Positions 28,552-40,169 of a stretch of DNA of 64,000 bases are shown here, one piece after another. Origin of the DNA: the human T2T-CHM13v2.0 reference genome, Homo sapiens. The stretch is taken from the NCBI RefSeq assembly GCF_009914755.1, contig NC_060936.1, one strand, 5' to 3'. The notes under the pieces were generated by a model. The model was given only the letters and a program-made list of their open reading frames with translations, did not search any database and had not been told where the DNA came from. How positions within the stretch are numbered: the first letter of the stretch is position 1; each line of letters starts with the position of its first letter. The position numbers were made by a program, and so were the translations under genes.

Positions 28552-28588
<37 letters not shown>
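28552..28588. repeat. (CA)n microsatellite
   Basis: About 18 CA units. Confidence 0.97.
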
Positions 28589-28592
<4 letters not shown>

Positions 28593-29005
28593 ATGGCATG
28601 GAGGAGCCTGACCTGTTATTGTTGGCATCCCCAGGATACATGGCACATTAGCTTAGTGTTCAGGTTGTACATAAACCCTCAAGGTCAGGAGCTGTAACAC
28701 TTGGATTTCTCCGTCCCCTGGGCATAAGCCTGTCTTTCAAAACAATTTCTGGCTACTGCCTAGAAGAGTTGCAAGATAACAAAATTTCCCTTGACAACCT
28801 CTACTCCTGCCTCCCTGACATCCCTGCTTGGTTAAGCTGCTGTCCTGATGTGGCCTTAATAAAAGTACTCTGTGTATAGACTCTTGACAGAGCCATTCCT
28901 GGGAAAAACAGCTCCGTTCTTGGAGACAGGAAACAATGCCCTCAGCATACAGATCAGAGACAGCTTGTCTGACTTGGCCTGCTTCCCCATCTTTAAAATG
29001 GGGAG

Positions 29006-29181
29006 GTCTTCCTGCCTCGGCTTACCAAAGCGCTGGGATTACACATGAGCCATGTGCCCAGGAGAGTCGCTTGAGCCCAGGAGTTCGACACCAGGCGGGG
29101 AAACACAGGGAGACCTCGTCTTTACCAAAACCAAATATATACATAAAATAAAATAAAGTAAAATACAATAAAACACAATAA
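29006..29181 (+). mobile_element. FLAM-type Alu monomer with inverted 5' part, inserted in a MIR
   Basis: 29006-29061 is the antisense Alu 5' end; 29062 onward is the sense continuation plus A-rich tail; TSD AAAATGGGGAG. Confidence 0.8.
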
Positions 29182-29999
29182 AAAATGGGGAGAAACTCCT
29201 CCTAGGATTCTTTTTACAGTCTTAGAGAATGGAAACTGGCCTTGGTTTCTTCATCCATGTGAAAAATAGAGCTAAAAAGCCTCTCGTCAGCACCTTTCTC
29301 TCTTCTAGCAGGACTGAGGAATGACCAGAGGTTAAATGTTGATGAGCTGAATTAGCTTCAGTTCAATCTGCATTTGACTAGGAACTTGATGACTGAGGCT
29401 GCTCATTTTTGCAACAATACCTGGGGTAGAGAAATGACTGTAGAATTGAACCTCACAATCTCAGGTGTAATTCCCATGAGAAAGATATTACACCAGAAAT
29501 AGGAGGTTTCCAGCTGTTCTCAGGCATGCTTTCAATGACACTAAGAACATCAGTTGCACTAATTGGTGCTTGAAATAATTATTGATCTTCATCAGGAGTG
29601 TCAAAAGCATTGCTCAAATGTCCAACTGCTTGTCATGCTCTCTTGGCATTCTACGCGAAGGACTTCACAGACTGTTTCTTTCCCAGGAGAGCATTAGCTA
29701 AGGCAAAACATAGAAAAACACATCTAGGATACAGATAACATAAGTACAGACAGCTGAGCAAATATATAAATAACACCCGAAATGACACTTAAATATTTAC
29801 AGCTGGAGATTTCTGCTACGTGCAGCACATACTGCTAATCCTCTCTCATCTCCAGGAAGTTTTCAAAAACCTGCTTCTGTAACTAGTGGACAGGTCTTCT
29901 GGATCCAAGGTCACCTGCTGGGGAGAAAGAGAAGCCTTTGGATAAACATCACAAGTTTTCCTGGAACATGGATTTTATTTAAGATTTTTTGGAAAGAAG

Positions 30000-31885
30000 G
30001 GAATAAGGTTTTTACCTTTGTAATGTTTTTACAAATATTTTCAAAAGTGTAACATGTATATGTGCTCATTTTAGAAAATTTGATCAGTATAAAATATTAA
30101 AGAAGAAAGTAAAAGCTCATTTGGAATCTTATCTGTTGGAAGGAATCACTGTCTTGCTATATGTTGGTGAATATCCTTTTGATGATGTGTATGTGTGTCA
30201 GTGTGTGTTTGTAACTTGAATTTTTAAAGTTTGAGAATATATTCTAGTCGTCTTTTTATGTCAATGGATATAAGAATATATTACATCATTTTTGATGCAA
30301 TATTTTGATATACCATGATTTGTTTAATCAATCCCCTATTAATGAATATTTAGGATGGTTTTAATTTTTAAAATATTTTACAATGTGGTTATGAAACATT
30401 CTTTCATATATATACTTGCCTACTTATTCAACTATTTCTTCAGGATACATTCAGAAACGGAGCCACAGAAAATATTTCTTTTGGTGGATGGACGCAAACA
30501 CACACATACATATGTATAGGTGCATATGTACATACATTCACACATACATGCTACATACGTGTGTGTGTGTGTGTATATATACATAGAGGGAGAAAGAGAG
30601 AGAGGAGAGTCAGAAAATATATTTTAAACTTAAATATAGCCATTATCTCTTGAGAAGGGACTTGTATTGGGGATGTATTCAAAGAGGAATTTGACCACAT
30701 TTGTAATGTTTAAGTTTTTTCACAAGTAGAAAATATATGTGTAACTTAAAGTTAGTCAAAATTAAAGGTAACACTAACAGAAAAGGACAAACTAAAATAG
30801 TTATCAACCAACAGTCACATATCATTGGAAATTATTTGCTTTCTTCTGCTGAAAAAAAGGTAACTATTAAAAGAATACAAATAGGATATATCAACGTTAA
30901 ACTGCCAAAAGAAAAGAAAAGGAACCAGAACGCCGAAAGTCTTGATTAATCCAGCAAAAGTAAGGAGTGGAAAAAAAGAAAAGAAACAACAAGAAAGCAC
31001 AGCAAATAAAAAGTACAAGGATATGAAAAAGTAAGTCCAAATATACCAATATTTAGAATTAATACGATTTGGTTAATATTTCCATTAAAAGATAGCAAGT
31101 CTCTAGGTAACAAAACAAAATGCAGTTATATGTTCTTCAAAAGGACACGTACAAAAAGAAAGTGATGGAAAGTTGCAAAACAAATTAATGAAAAATATAT
31201 ACACATTAACCCAGGAAATGCTAGCACCAAGAAAAAGTTGTGCCAATATTAATAGGAAATAAAATGCATTCAAAGCCAAAAAGAATTGATAGTCAAAGAA
31301 GACATTTTTTGTTTTGTTCTTGTCCATTCATGAACCTTTGTGTACAGCTTCAAAATGTATAAAGAAAAATGATAGCGCAAGTAGATAAAAAATAACCAAG
31401 GATTTACAGGTGCACTGTTGAATGTAGTAGCCACTAGCCACGTAGTACAGCCAATGGTCACTAGGTTATTGACCATTCAGAGATGGCTAGTCCAAATTGA
31501 AATGTGCTCTAAGTGTTAAACATACACTGGATTTCCAAGACTTGGTATGAAAAAATAAAGTCAAATAGCTCATTAATATTTTAAAATATTGATTACATGT
31601 TGAAAATATCATGTTTTAGATGAGTTAAATCTACTAAAATTAATCTTACCAGTTTCTTTTTACTTAAGGTGGATGCCAGAAAATTTTAAATAACACGTGG
31701 TTCTCATTATATTTTTATTGGACAGCACTGAAGAAGATTTAAATTAATACAAATAAAAATACGGACCAATAATTACATAAAAGAAACATTTTGACTTATC
31801 AGAGATTTTATGTTCTTTTCAATAATGCAACACTTATAAATTCATCAATTACCTGACCATAGGAAGAGCTCAAAAATGTTTAAAA
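30000..31885. mobile_element. Old L1M fragments interrupted by MER33 (~31409-31730)
   Basis: AT-rich degraded L1 sequence resembling the 5' part of ORF2 at 30900-31400; MER33 'gtagccactagccac...ttggacagcactg'. Confidence 0.6.
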
Positions 31886-32984
31886 ACTAGCTATTGCAGA
31901 GGCTGTGATACCTAACTACAAAGCTTTTCCAGGACTCAAACGGAAATCCCTGTTGCCTATACCAGTTACTGTTGCTCTTCCCAGTGATTGTGGGGAAGTG
32001 CTTGTACAGGTGGGGTCTGTGTGTAGCATGACCCTGATGATGGGGACTATATCCTTCTTGGGAGCCCACGTCACCTGAGGTCCTACTCTGCCTGTTGGCC
32101 CCACCTCACAGGATTTGTTGAGTCAGAGCTCTCCTTTCAGAGAGCAGTGACAACAGCTTTAGCCTGGGAGGCTATCTACAAATTGCTCTGTGTTTATGGA
32201 GGTCTGGGAGGGGATAGACCTGACTGGCCCAGTGGTTCTGAACTATTCACCTGATAACACTGACGTCCCAGGCTCTTTCTTCCACATGGATTTTATCACT
32301 CATTACTTGGGGTGCTCTAGAGCTATTCTTGCCTTGTGTAGTTCATCCTACTTATTTTGGCTTGAGGGTTTTTTGTTTTTTACTTCTCTGTGTGTTTTTT
32401 TTTAAAATCAATTCAAACCTATTTCTAAAAAAAAAATCATCCTTAATATTTCTAGTCCACAGGTAGAATCCTTCCTTAATTTCCAGCAACAATATAACTC
32501 TATTTCTTTTTCAACAATTAATTTCTATTATTTGATGGGACTTTCAGTAGGTGGGGGTATGAAAGCTAGTATGCTATCTGACCCCTTGATCCATGATGAA
32601 ATGTAAATTTTTGTATATTTATCTCAGAACCAGTCACCTTACTAATGATACTTTTCATACCAAAATAAACACTGATATATCATTAAGAAGAATGCATGCA
32701 AAATATGCAAGCATTTTTCAATGACATAGGAACTGAAACAAATTGGACAGTTGTGGAGGGCTGATATACTGCAGCTCCCTCTTGTTATTAGGGAAAGGTT
32801 GAGAGGACAACACTTTGGAAGTTCAGCTTCAAAAAGGATATCTTTACTGCCTTGAGTTGGCCTCTCACTCTCTCTCTCTGTCTGTCTTCCTTTTTCATCC
32901 AAATAAATCAATTCAATTCCAATAAAATGCTCTAATAAGGCCTCTTGGTTGCCCTCAACTATAGACAAGGCTGTTTGTGTGTGT

Positions 32985-33127
32985 GTCACACAAGGGCCTG
33001 CACTCAGATGGGCCCAGCCCTCATTTAATGCTCTGCTGTTGGTGTCTTGAAATTTTTAATTGCTTTTGACTAAGAGGCCCACATTTCCATTTTGTACTGG
33101 GTCACACAAACTAGGTAGCTGATCCTG
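32985..33127 (+). mobile_element. MER45A-like MITE
   Basis: 'tttaatgctctgctgttggtgtcttgaaatttttaat...ttttgtactgggtcacacaaactaggtagctgatcctg'. Confidence 0.65.
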
Positions 33128-33298
33128 AATACAGGCTTCTACTCAGCAGAACTTGGTCCTTGGTATTTCTGCCAAATACCTAGCTAGTGTAATGCATTTT
33201 CAACCCAAGCTAAAAGATTAAGGCTTGTGGCATTTTGCTGAGCCCAAAGAGGGCTCCATTACGTGTATCTTAGGAAAATTCTTACCCTTTCTTCCGGG

Positions 33299-33333
33299 TT
33301 GGTGGTGGTGGTGGTGGTGGTGGTGGTGGTGGT
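33299..33333. repeat. (GGT)11 trinucleotide repeat
   Basis: Directly visible. Confidence 0.97.
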
Positions 33334-35171
33334 TTGAATCTGGGGGAAGGAATATAACCAGAGCCACATCGCTAAGATTCTTTTGTGAGCTGGCTTCACC
33401 TCACCTCGTGACACTCTGTTACTGATGGTTTCCTCTCCAGTCCGTATCAGGGCTTGCAGTGCAGTACACGAAACTTGTCCTTTCTTCCACACATCTGCCC
33501 AGTTGGTTCCCGTTGCTTGACATAATGCCCTTTCTCACCCTGGCTACTTGGTGAACTCCTACTCAATCGTCAAAATTTGCTTTAGTTATCACCTCCTTTA
33601 GGTGATAACTTGGCCTCCCTGGACTCTCTGGGTGGAGCTAAGTGACTTGTTCTTATTGATGTGACATCTCCAAGAATAACTTAATCATGGAGCAGAAATT
33701 ATTTTTTGTATAAGTTGTATTATTGTATAAACCTCTTTTTCACTAGAACCACTAGACGGATGGTTCCCAACCTTTTTTTTTGTTTACTGATTTTTTTTTT
33801 TTGGGTGCACACATCAAGGCATGAAAATGCTAAAGCATATTAAACAAGTCAGGAGTCATCACAGTGCAATCACTGCTGCAGTATCACTGGGTCTCACAGC
33901 AACTATGAAAGCATCCACTGTGTCCATACTATCACTTGGTCTCCGTTTAATGCTGATTTTTCTGTTCTGAGTTTACGGTCTAGTATATCTCACATGCTAC
34001 ATTTTCTTATGTTGCAGTAAACACCAAGTTGGCTGGATTTTACATTTCTCACCTCATCTCATAGGCAGCTTACCCGGTTCTTCACTGTCATGTGACTCTT
34101 TGGGTCTGTGCTCCATTTGACAGACATTACTAACATCTATATCCCATTAGAACAAAAATATACATTAGACATTTATTGAAGTTTGGCAGCCCACCGTAAT
34201 CACCAGAGTCAGCTGCATAGATTGCAGGCTACACCAGGGTACTCAGCTGAAAGGGCAAAGGGGACCGATGATCCGTTATAATGTGCACCAGGCTTTGTGT
34301 TCCCCAGATGGCATCTTCCCAGAAGGGGGGCCCTTTCCTAATTTGTACAAAAGTATCATCTGGACTAATGGTGGATGCTCTGACTGGGCGCATCCAGGGT
34401 CAGCTGGGAACTGCTGGAGACCAAGGGCTGGATTCTAGTCGTCTTTTCTTTCCTAGCACTTGCATAGTGCTAGAGAGTAACAGACTTAATAAATGTAGAA
34501 TAAATATAAAATTATCAAGACACTCTGCTGTTGGTGCGCAGCATGACTTGGGCCTAGTCTGTAACATTGTTAACATGAGTTTCCCAATCTCATCTGCTGC
34601 TGGTGCAGATTTAAGTGGTTCTTAAATGTGGTGTTGGGTACAGTGGTGTGACATGGTAAAACTACAGCTGGCCCCCAACTCCCAACCTCCAGCCCCCAAG
34701 AATCATTCATAGCCCTGGATTCTTCACATCTGTGCTGAAGTCCAAAAATTTCCCTGGGAATACGTCAAGCTCTCAATCATCCTTCATCAAGTGAACTGCT
34801 GTTGAAAGATAGGGTGGGGTCTGCTGCCCTGACAGGCTTTCTTCTTTTCAAACTGGAACCCCTGTAGTCTCTCTCCCCACTCCCTTTCTTGCATAGCACA
34901 GATGTGAAGACCACACCTGTAGAAATTAGTACTCACTGAGAATTCAAAAATCCTAGAACTGGGTGATAGCTTAGAGGTCACCTTGTCTAATCTCATTACA
35001 ATCAGGAGACTGAGAGTTGGGGAGGGAAGTATTGTCACAGGGTTGGTGTTGTCAGAACAGCATCTGGAGCCCAGGTTAAGACCACCTCTCTCCTGCGCTC
35101 ATGTGTGTGCCTTATTTTTTCCTTTCGTTCAGGTCTGAAGCAGTTTCCCTTCCCATCTGCCCCTGAGCTGC

Positions 35172-35490
35172 TGATATGATTTGGCTCTGTGTCTCCACCC
35201 AAATCTCATCTTGAATTGTAGCTCCCACAATTCCCATGTGTTATGGGAGGGACCCAGTGGGAGGTAATTGAATCATGGGGACAGTTCTTTCCCACGCTGT
35301 TCTCATGATAGTGAATAAGTCTCATGAGATCTGATGGTTTTATAAAGGGGAGTTTCCCTGCACAAGTTCTCTTCTCTTGTCTGCCACCATGTGAGACGTG
35401 ACTTTCACTTTCTGCCATGATTGTGAGGCCTCCAGAGCCATGTGGAACTGTGAGTCCATGAAACCTCTTTCTTTTGTAAATTGCCCAGTC
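35172..35490 (+). mobile_element. THE1 (B/C-like) solo LTR with 3' end truncated
   Basis: 'tgatatgatttggctctgtgtctccacccaaatctcatcttgaattgtagctccc...aaattgcccagtc'. Confidence 0.9.
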
Positions 35491-36199
35491 CAGTGCAGCA
35501 CCCAGAGGCCAAAGCCACATGCTTTCTTCAGTCACAGAGTTCCCGCCACGCCCCTCATTATGTCTCCAGCATTTGTTTCTGAAGCCTTGGGAGAGAGAGA
35601 TGGGGCCAGACACAGGCTTTGCAAAGATGCCTTCTTGGAAGCTTGGTATGGGGTCTGACCCTGCCCCAGGCTCAGAGCCTATGGTTGGTCCTGAGGGTTA
35701 GGGGTTTTCTGTCATGCCCTCTGTCTCTCTGCTCCCAGGCTGGCCTGGGGGCCTGCCTGCCTGCTGTGGGACCCTCCAAGGATGTCTGGGCAGCAGAGTC
35801 AATCTCTGGGGACACATGTGGGGACTCCAAAGACTGTGTGCTTTGTTCTCCATGATAGATAGATACATGAGACTTCTGGAGAGAGGAGGCAGTGCCCAAG
35901 GTCACAACAGGACTGTGAGCCTGGACAAGGGTCAGACCAAGTTTTCGTGCTGCTCTTTGTCTGGGACTCAGGGCCGCCCTGGCTCTTGTCTCACTGTGAT
36001 TGCACATACTGGATGCCAGGCTTATCTGCTTGCATTCAGGGTCACAGACAGTAGGGCTGAGCTTGGAGGGTGTGGGTGGGGAGGGAGGTATACCGAGGTA
36101 AGACAGTGAGTCCCTGGGCAAGTATTTGTCAGAGCAATAGGAGAAGAGAGTGAGGTGGGGGAGAAGTGGAAGAATGCAAATAGCTATTGTGGTCCTTGG

Positions 36200-36580
36200 C
36201 CACTTTAGAGACTTCATCAGGAAGGCCTACCCTGACCCTCATGCTCTAAATGAGACCCCCCCTCATTATTTTCTCTGTTCTTTTTTATTATAGTACATAT
36301 TACAATGTTTGACTACTTCTTTGTATGTTTGTTCTTGTTTATATCTGTCCTGGCCACTAGACCATATAGTCATAAAGGCAGGAAAGACGCTGGCTTTCCC
36401 TTTGCCTAGGACCCAGCAGCGCCTGGCATATAGCAGGTGCTCAACAAATATGTGATAAGAAAATGCAGTGATGGGTTGATAGGTGCAGCAAACCACCATG
36501 GCACACATTTACCTATATAACAAACCAGCACATTCTGCACATGTATCCCAGAATGTAAAATAAAATAAAATGAAATAAAG
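36200..36580 (+). mobile_element. L2 3' end followed by a short L1PA 3' fragment (~36466-36580)
   Basis: 'cctggcatatagcaggtgctcaacaaat'; 'gggttgataggtgcagcaaaccaccatggcac' flanked by aagaaaatg. Confidence 0.75.
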
Positions 36581-36969
36581 AAAATGAAGGAAGTTTTTTT
36601 TAACTTTCCTGATTCAGTTTGGGCAATGATATAAACCAAAATACCACTGACCATTGAATAGCTGCAACTTATCTGTGAGTACTCACCATTAGGTGCAAGT
36701 TTAAACCCAAATATAAATTATATAAATGATAGAATATATTTTCTAATGGACATGAGTTAATTAAAAGTACAAGATTATTTTAGATTTTATTATTTCTCGT
36801 ATTTACTTCATGGCGTAACCAATGATCAAGTCTTGGACATAATGATTTGTAATCTGTCTTACTTTGTGTAGAAAATAATGTTAAAGGGGTTTCTGTTTTG
36901 TTCCTTTGATATGAGTACATAGGGGTTGTAAGTATTTTTGAGCATCATAAGGGAACAAAAAAACCCTGA

Positions 36970-37076
36970 CTCACTATGCACAGCCTCAGAGGGTGCTGTT
37001 CCTACTGCAGTTTATGTGCAAGGCACTCCTGCAGTTGGGCAGTGCACATCCTGCACAACCTTGCAGGAGCAGCCTT
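36970..37076 (-). mobile_element. MER91-like hAT fragment
   Basis: 'gcagtgcacatcctgcacaaccttgcaggagcagcc' resembles the MER91 terminus. Confidence 0.55.
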
Positions 37077-37189
37077 GTGAAAACCTAGGCTTGAGCAGTG
37101 CACATCCTGCACAGCCTTTCAGGAGCAGCCTCGTGAAAACCCAGGCTTGACAACTCATCTCTCTGCCTTTACTCTTGCCCTTCTTCTGT

Positions 37190-37830
37190 TCTTTTCACAG
37201 CATTTAGAATGATCTTTTCAAAGCTACAGTGAGAGCGTGGCACTTGTCACCTTAAAACCCTCCAGTGACTTTGTACTGAGAACAAAGTCAAAACCCCTCT
37301 CCCTGGCCCACAGGACCCGGCAGGACCTGCCTTTTGCCTGCATTTCCTACCTGTTGCTTACCTTCCTTCTCTCCCTTGCTCACTGAACTCAGGTCCCACT
37401 ATCCTTGTTTTCCTTCCTCATTTAGCCAAGCTCATACCTGACTCAGGGGCTTGCCCCTGCGTGCCCTTGGCCTGGACCAGTCTTCCTACCTGGCTTCTGA
37501 CCTTCCACCGATCTTCACTGGCTGTTTTCTTCTCATCCTTTCAGGTCTCAGCTTCAATGTCACCCCTAGGACAGCGCTTTCCTGACCCCAATTCTAAAGT
37601 GCACTCCTCAGTCACCCTCCATGACATCTGTCTGTCTATTCCCTCCTCAGAACTCATTCCTATCTACTATGTCCTTGTTTCTCTGTATTTATGTACTTGT
37701 TATCTTCCTCTCCACTAGGCTATAAACCCCACAAAAGCCGAGATGTTATCTTGGTTGTTCTTTGCTGCACTTCCAGTGCTGAGAACAGTGCCCACAGTAA
37801 GTGTGCCAGAAATACTCGTTACATGAATGA
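37190..37830 (+). mobile_element. L2a fragment
   Basis: 'cttaaaaccctccagtgact...tcaggtctcagcttcaatgtcacc...tgaatgagtga'. Confidence 0.75.
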
Positions 37831-40169
37831 GTGAAAATCCACAAGGGGACTTGGTCGTGGTGGCTCCCGATCTGGCTTGCTTATAGATTGGGATCTAGAA
37901 AACCAACAGGAGCCTGCTGTGCTGGAAAGAGCAGTGGCCCAGAAGTCTGCGTGCCTTTTCTTGCAGTGGCCTCTCTCTCTCGGGGTCTCCTGAGATTGGG
38001 GGTCTCTGAGTCAGGGGCCAGGAATCTTTGTGCCCTTCAACTACACAGTGAGGGCCTGCTTTTTCCTGAGGGCCAGAGGTTTTGGGTAGCCGTGATGACA
38101 ACACCTCCACTTTCCATCGTCACAATGACTTTTCTATGGGATCCTGATGTTGGGGGAGATGCCTGACTCTTTTAGTCTGAAACTGAAAGTTAAACAGAAA
38201 GCAATACTTTTGGAGGCAAGGAGACATACTGGGAAGGGGACTGGCACCAGAACAACCTGGGCTGGGGACTCAGCCCCTCACTTACCAACCAGATGACCTT
38301 AAATATTTTCCTTATTTCTCTGAGATGTAGTTTTGGCAAATAGGAATGCTCACCCCTGCTCACATATTTGCAGTGAGGAGTACAGGAGTGGACATACCTG
38401 CAGCTGAAAGATGTCAGCTCCCCTCCCAATGCCTGAGCAAGCTCCAGCGTGCCCTCAGGAAAAGCCCTAAGTCCAGGTCACAGATCCCAGCCTGCAGGTG
38501 ATTCCCATGGAGGCCATCAGGGGCTACAGGTGAGAGGTGGGCTTAGCTTGGTGGAGGGAAACCAAAAACAAGTCACTTGTGAGGAAAGCAAAACAGTTTG
38601 TTTATTTATTTTGCGCCAGAATCTTCGGTGCGTGACCCTACGGAAATGGCTCTGCAGAATTGGAAAGGATGGAAGCGTGTTTATCAACTTTCCTGGGTAA
38701 ACTTCATTTGCATTCCTAGAGTTTTCGTGGTAGTTTTCCAAGAGACGAAGTGGTCTGTGGGCCGGCTTACCTCCTCCCCAAAACAAATCACTTGCACTTT
38801 TGCTTGCGTGTGGAGGTAGAGACTACTCTTTGTTGAGCTCTGCCATGAGCCAGAGATGGTGCCGAGTATTTTAAATACTATGTTAGACACAATACAGGGG
38901 CTTGCTCAGCAGCAAGCCTTGCCTCATGATTGCAACATAGTTGCTGCACCCTCCAGCATCACAACCACATTACAGGCAGGATGAGGAGGTAAGTAGGAAG
39001 GAGACAAAGACTTTTCTCTTCTTGAAACTTTGCCTTTTTAGTTCGGAAGAGGTGCCTTCTCTAAAAACTGTCACTTACATATTACTGGGTAGAACCATGT
39101 TACGTGGCCACCTCCAGAGTGCTGGGAAGTTGAGTGTTTAGACTTCCAGGCTCTCTAAAAGAGGACGTTGAGAACAGCAGGGGAATATTACATGAGATAT
39201 GGGTCAAACGAATACATTAGAACATTATGGGTTTTTAGTGTGTGGTTTAAAGAATTCCTTGAAATGCCTAAGCAGCACATTAGGAAGGGAACTGCTCCTT
39301 TGGGAGTGACTCATGTAAAATGGGCCCGGTGCAGAAGCCAGGGTGTGCAGGGTAGAGCAGCTCTTTAAGGCGCCAGGCGGAGAGGCGGAGGCTTGGCTTA
39401 ATGTAGGACCATGCGTGCTGGCGTTTCTCCTAGGACCTGGACTAAGGGAATTGGGGGTGGAGGGTGTGGTGGGGGCTTTGTGCCATCTCCTCTTCCCCCA
39501 TCAGATGCAGGAGCAAAGTGGAAAAGTCCTCTGGGGATTTTCTTCTCTGATACAAGGGAAGCACACGCAAATGATCTTTTCCTGAGAAAACCCATTGAGA
39601 GCAGTTTCCCACACGCCCTGACACTCAAGTTCCAACCCAGTCCAGGCTGCTGGCTGGAGAAACGACCTTTAAAACTCTTGTTTATGTACAGCCACAACTT
39701 CAGCCCAACTCCAGCCTGGCCTGGCATGGAAAACCAGGAAGTTTCTGTAAGAAATATTTTTAAGGGTCTGTGTACCTCACAGGAAGCCTTCAGATTGCAA
39801 ACATGTGTCCAAACTGCTGACTTGGAGTAAATGGATCAACTTACTCAGTCTGAATTGGAGAGCCTGATTTCTGCACCAGGGAGGCTTGCTGTTTGAACGT
39901 GTGCCAGGTTGAATGGAGTCTCTGGCTTCAGATGGATTCAAGCTGAAAGAGGTTTCTTCTGTAAGTCAGCTTGTATGGTAATTTCTTTCCTTTCTTCTTC
40001 CTGCAAGTGAAATAGTGCAATTTATCTTGACCCCGTGTGGGCTGTTGGCTTTTTTCCTCTTTGTCATCTGCAGAGCCTGCTCACGTCTCTGTTTCTAAGT
40101 TCATAACATGCTGCTCTGGGCTTTGCGGCTCCACAGTCTTGTTGACTGTACACTGGTGCTTTTGTTTCA

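Larger units (their letters stand above)
27776..35875 (-). pseudogene. Candidate decayed unprocessed multi-exon gene, product unidentified
   Basis: Exon-like units, each preceded by an AG acceptor (mostly pyrimidine-rich): 35875-35761, 35585-35502, 34916-~34780, 34136-34074, 33339-33286, 32203-31912, 29914-29801, 29697-29494, 29420-29326, 28898-28828, 28759-28613, 28491-28464, 28327-28255, 27841-27776. Phases can be chained, stop codons are present, and interspersed repeats fall between the units. Confidence 0.5.

Noticed and set aside
28464-28898. Faint resemblance of fossil-gene translations to a SOCS box (PLEWLCQESIHRVL) or a RasGEF motif (VPCILGM...IDTA)
   Set aside because: Too short, frame-dependent and mutually inconsistent to assign a family.
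35672-36217. 181-aa minus-strand ORF as a standalone gene
   Set aside because: It starts in L2 sequence; only the internal 115-nt unit has splice signals.
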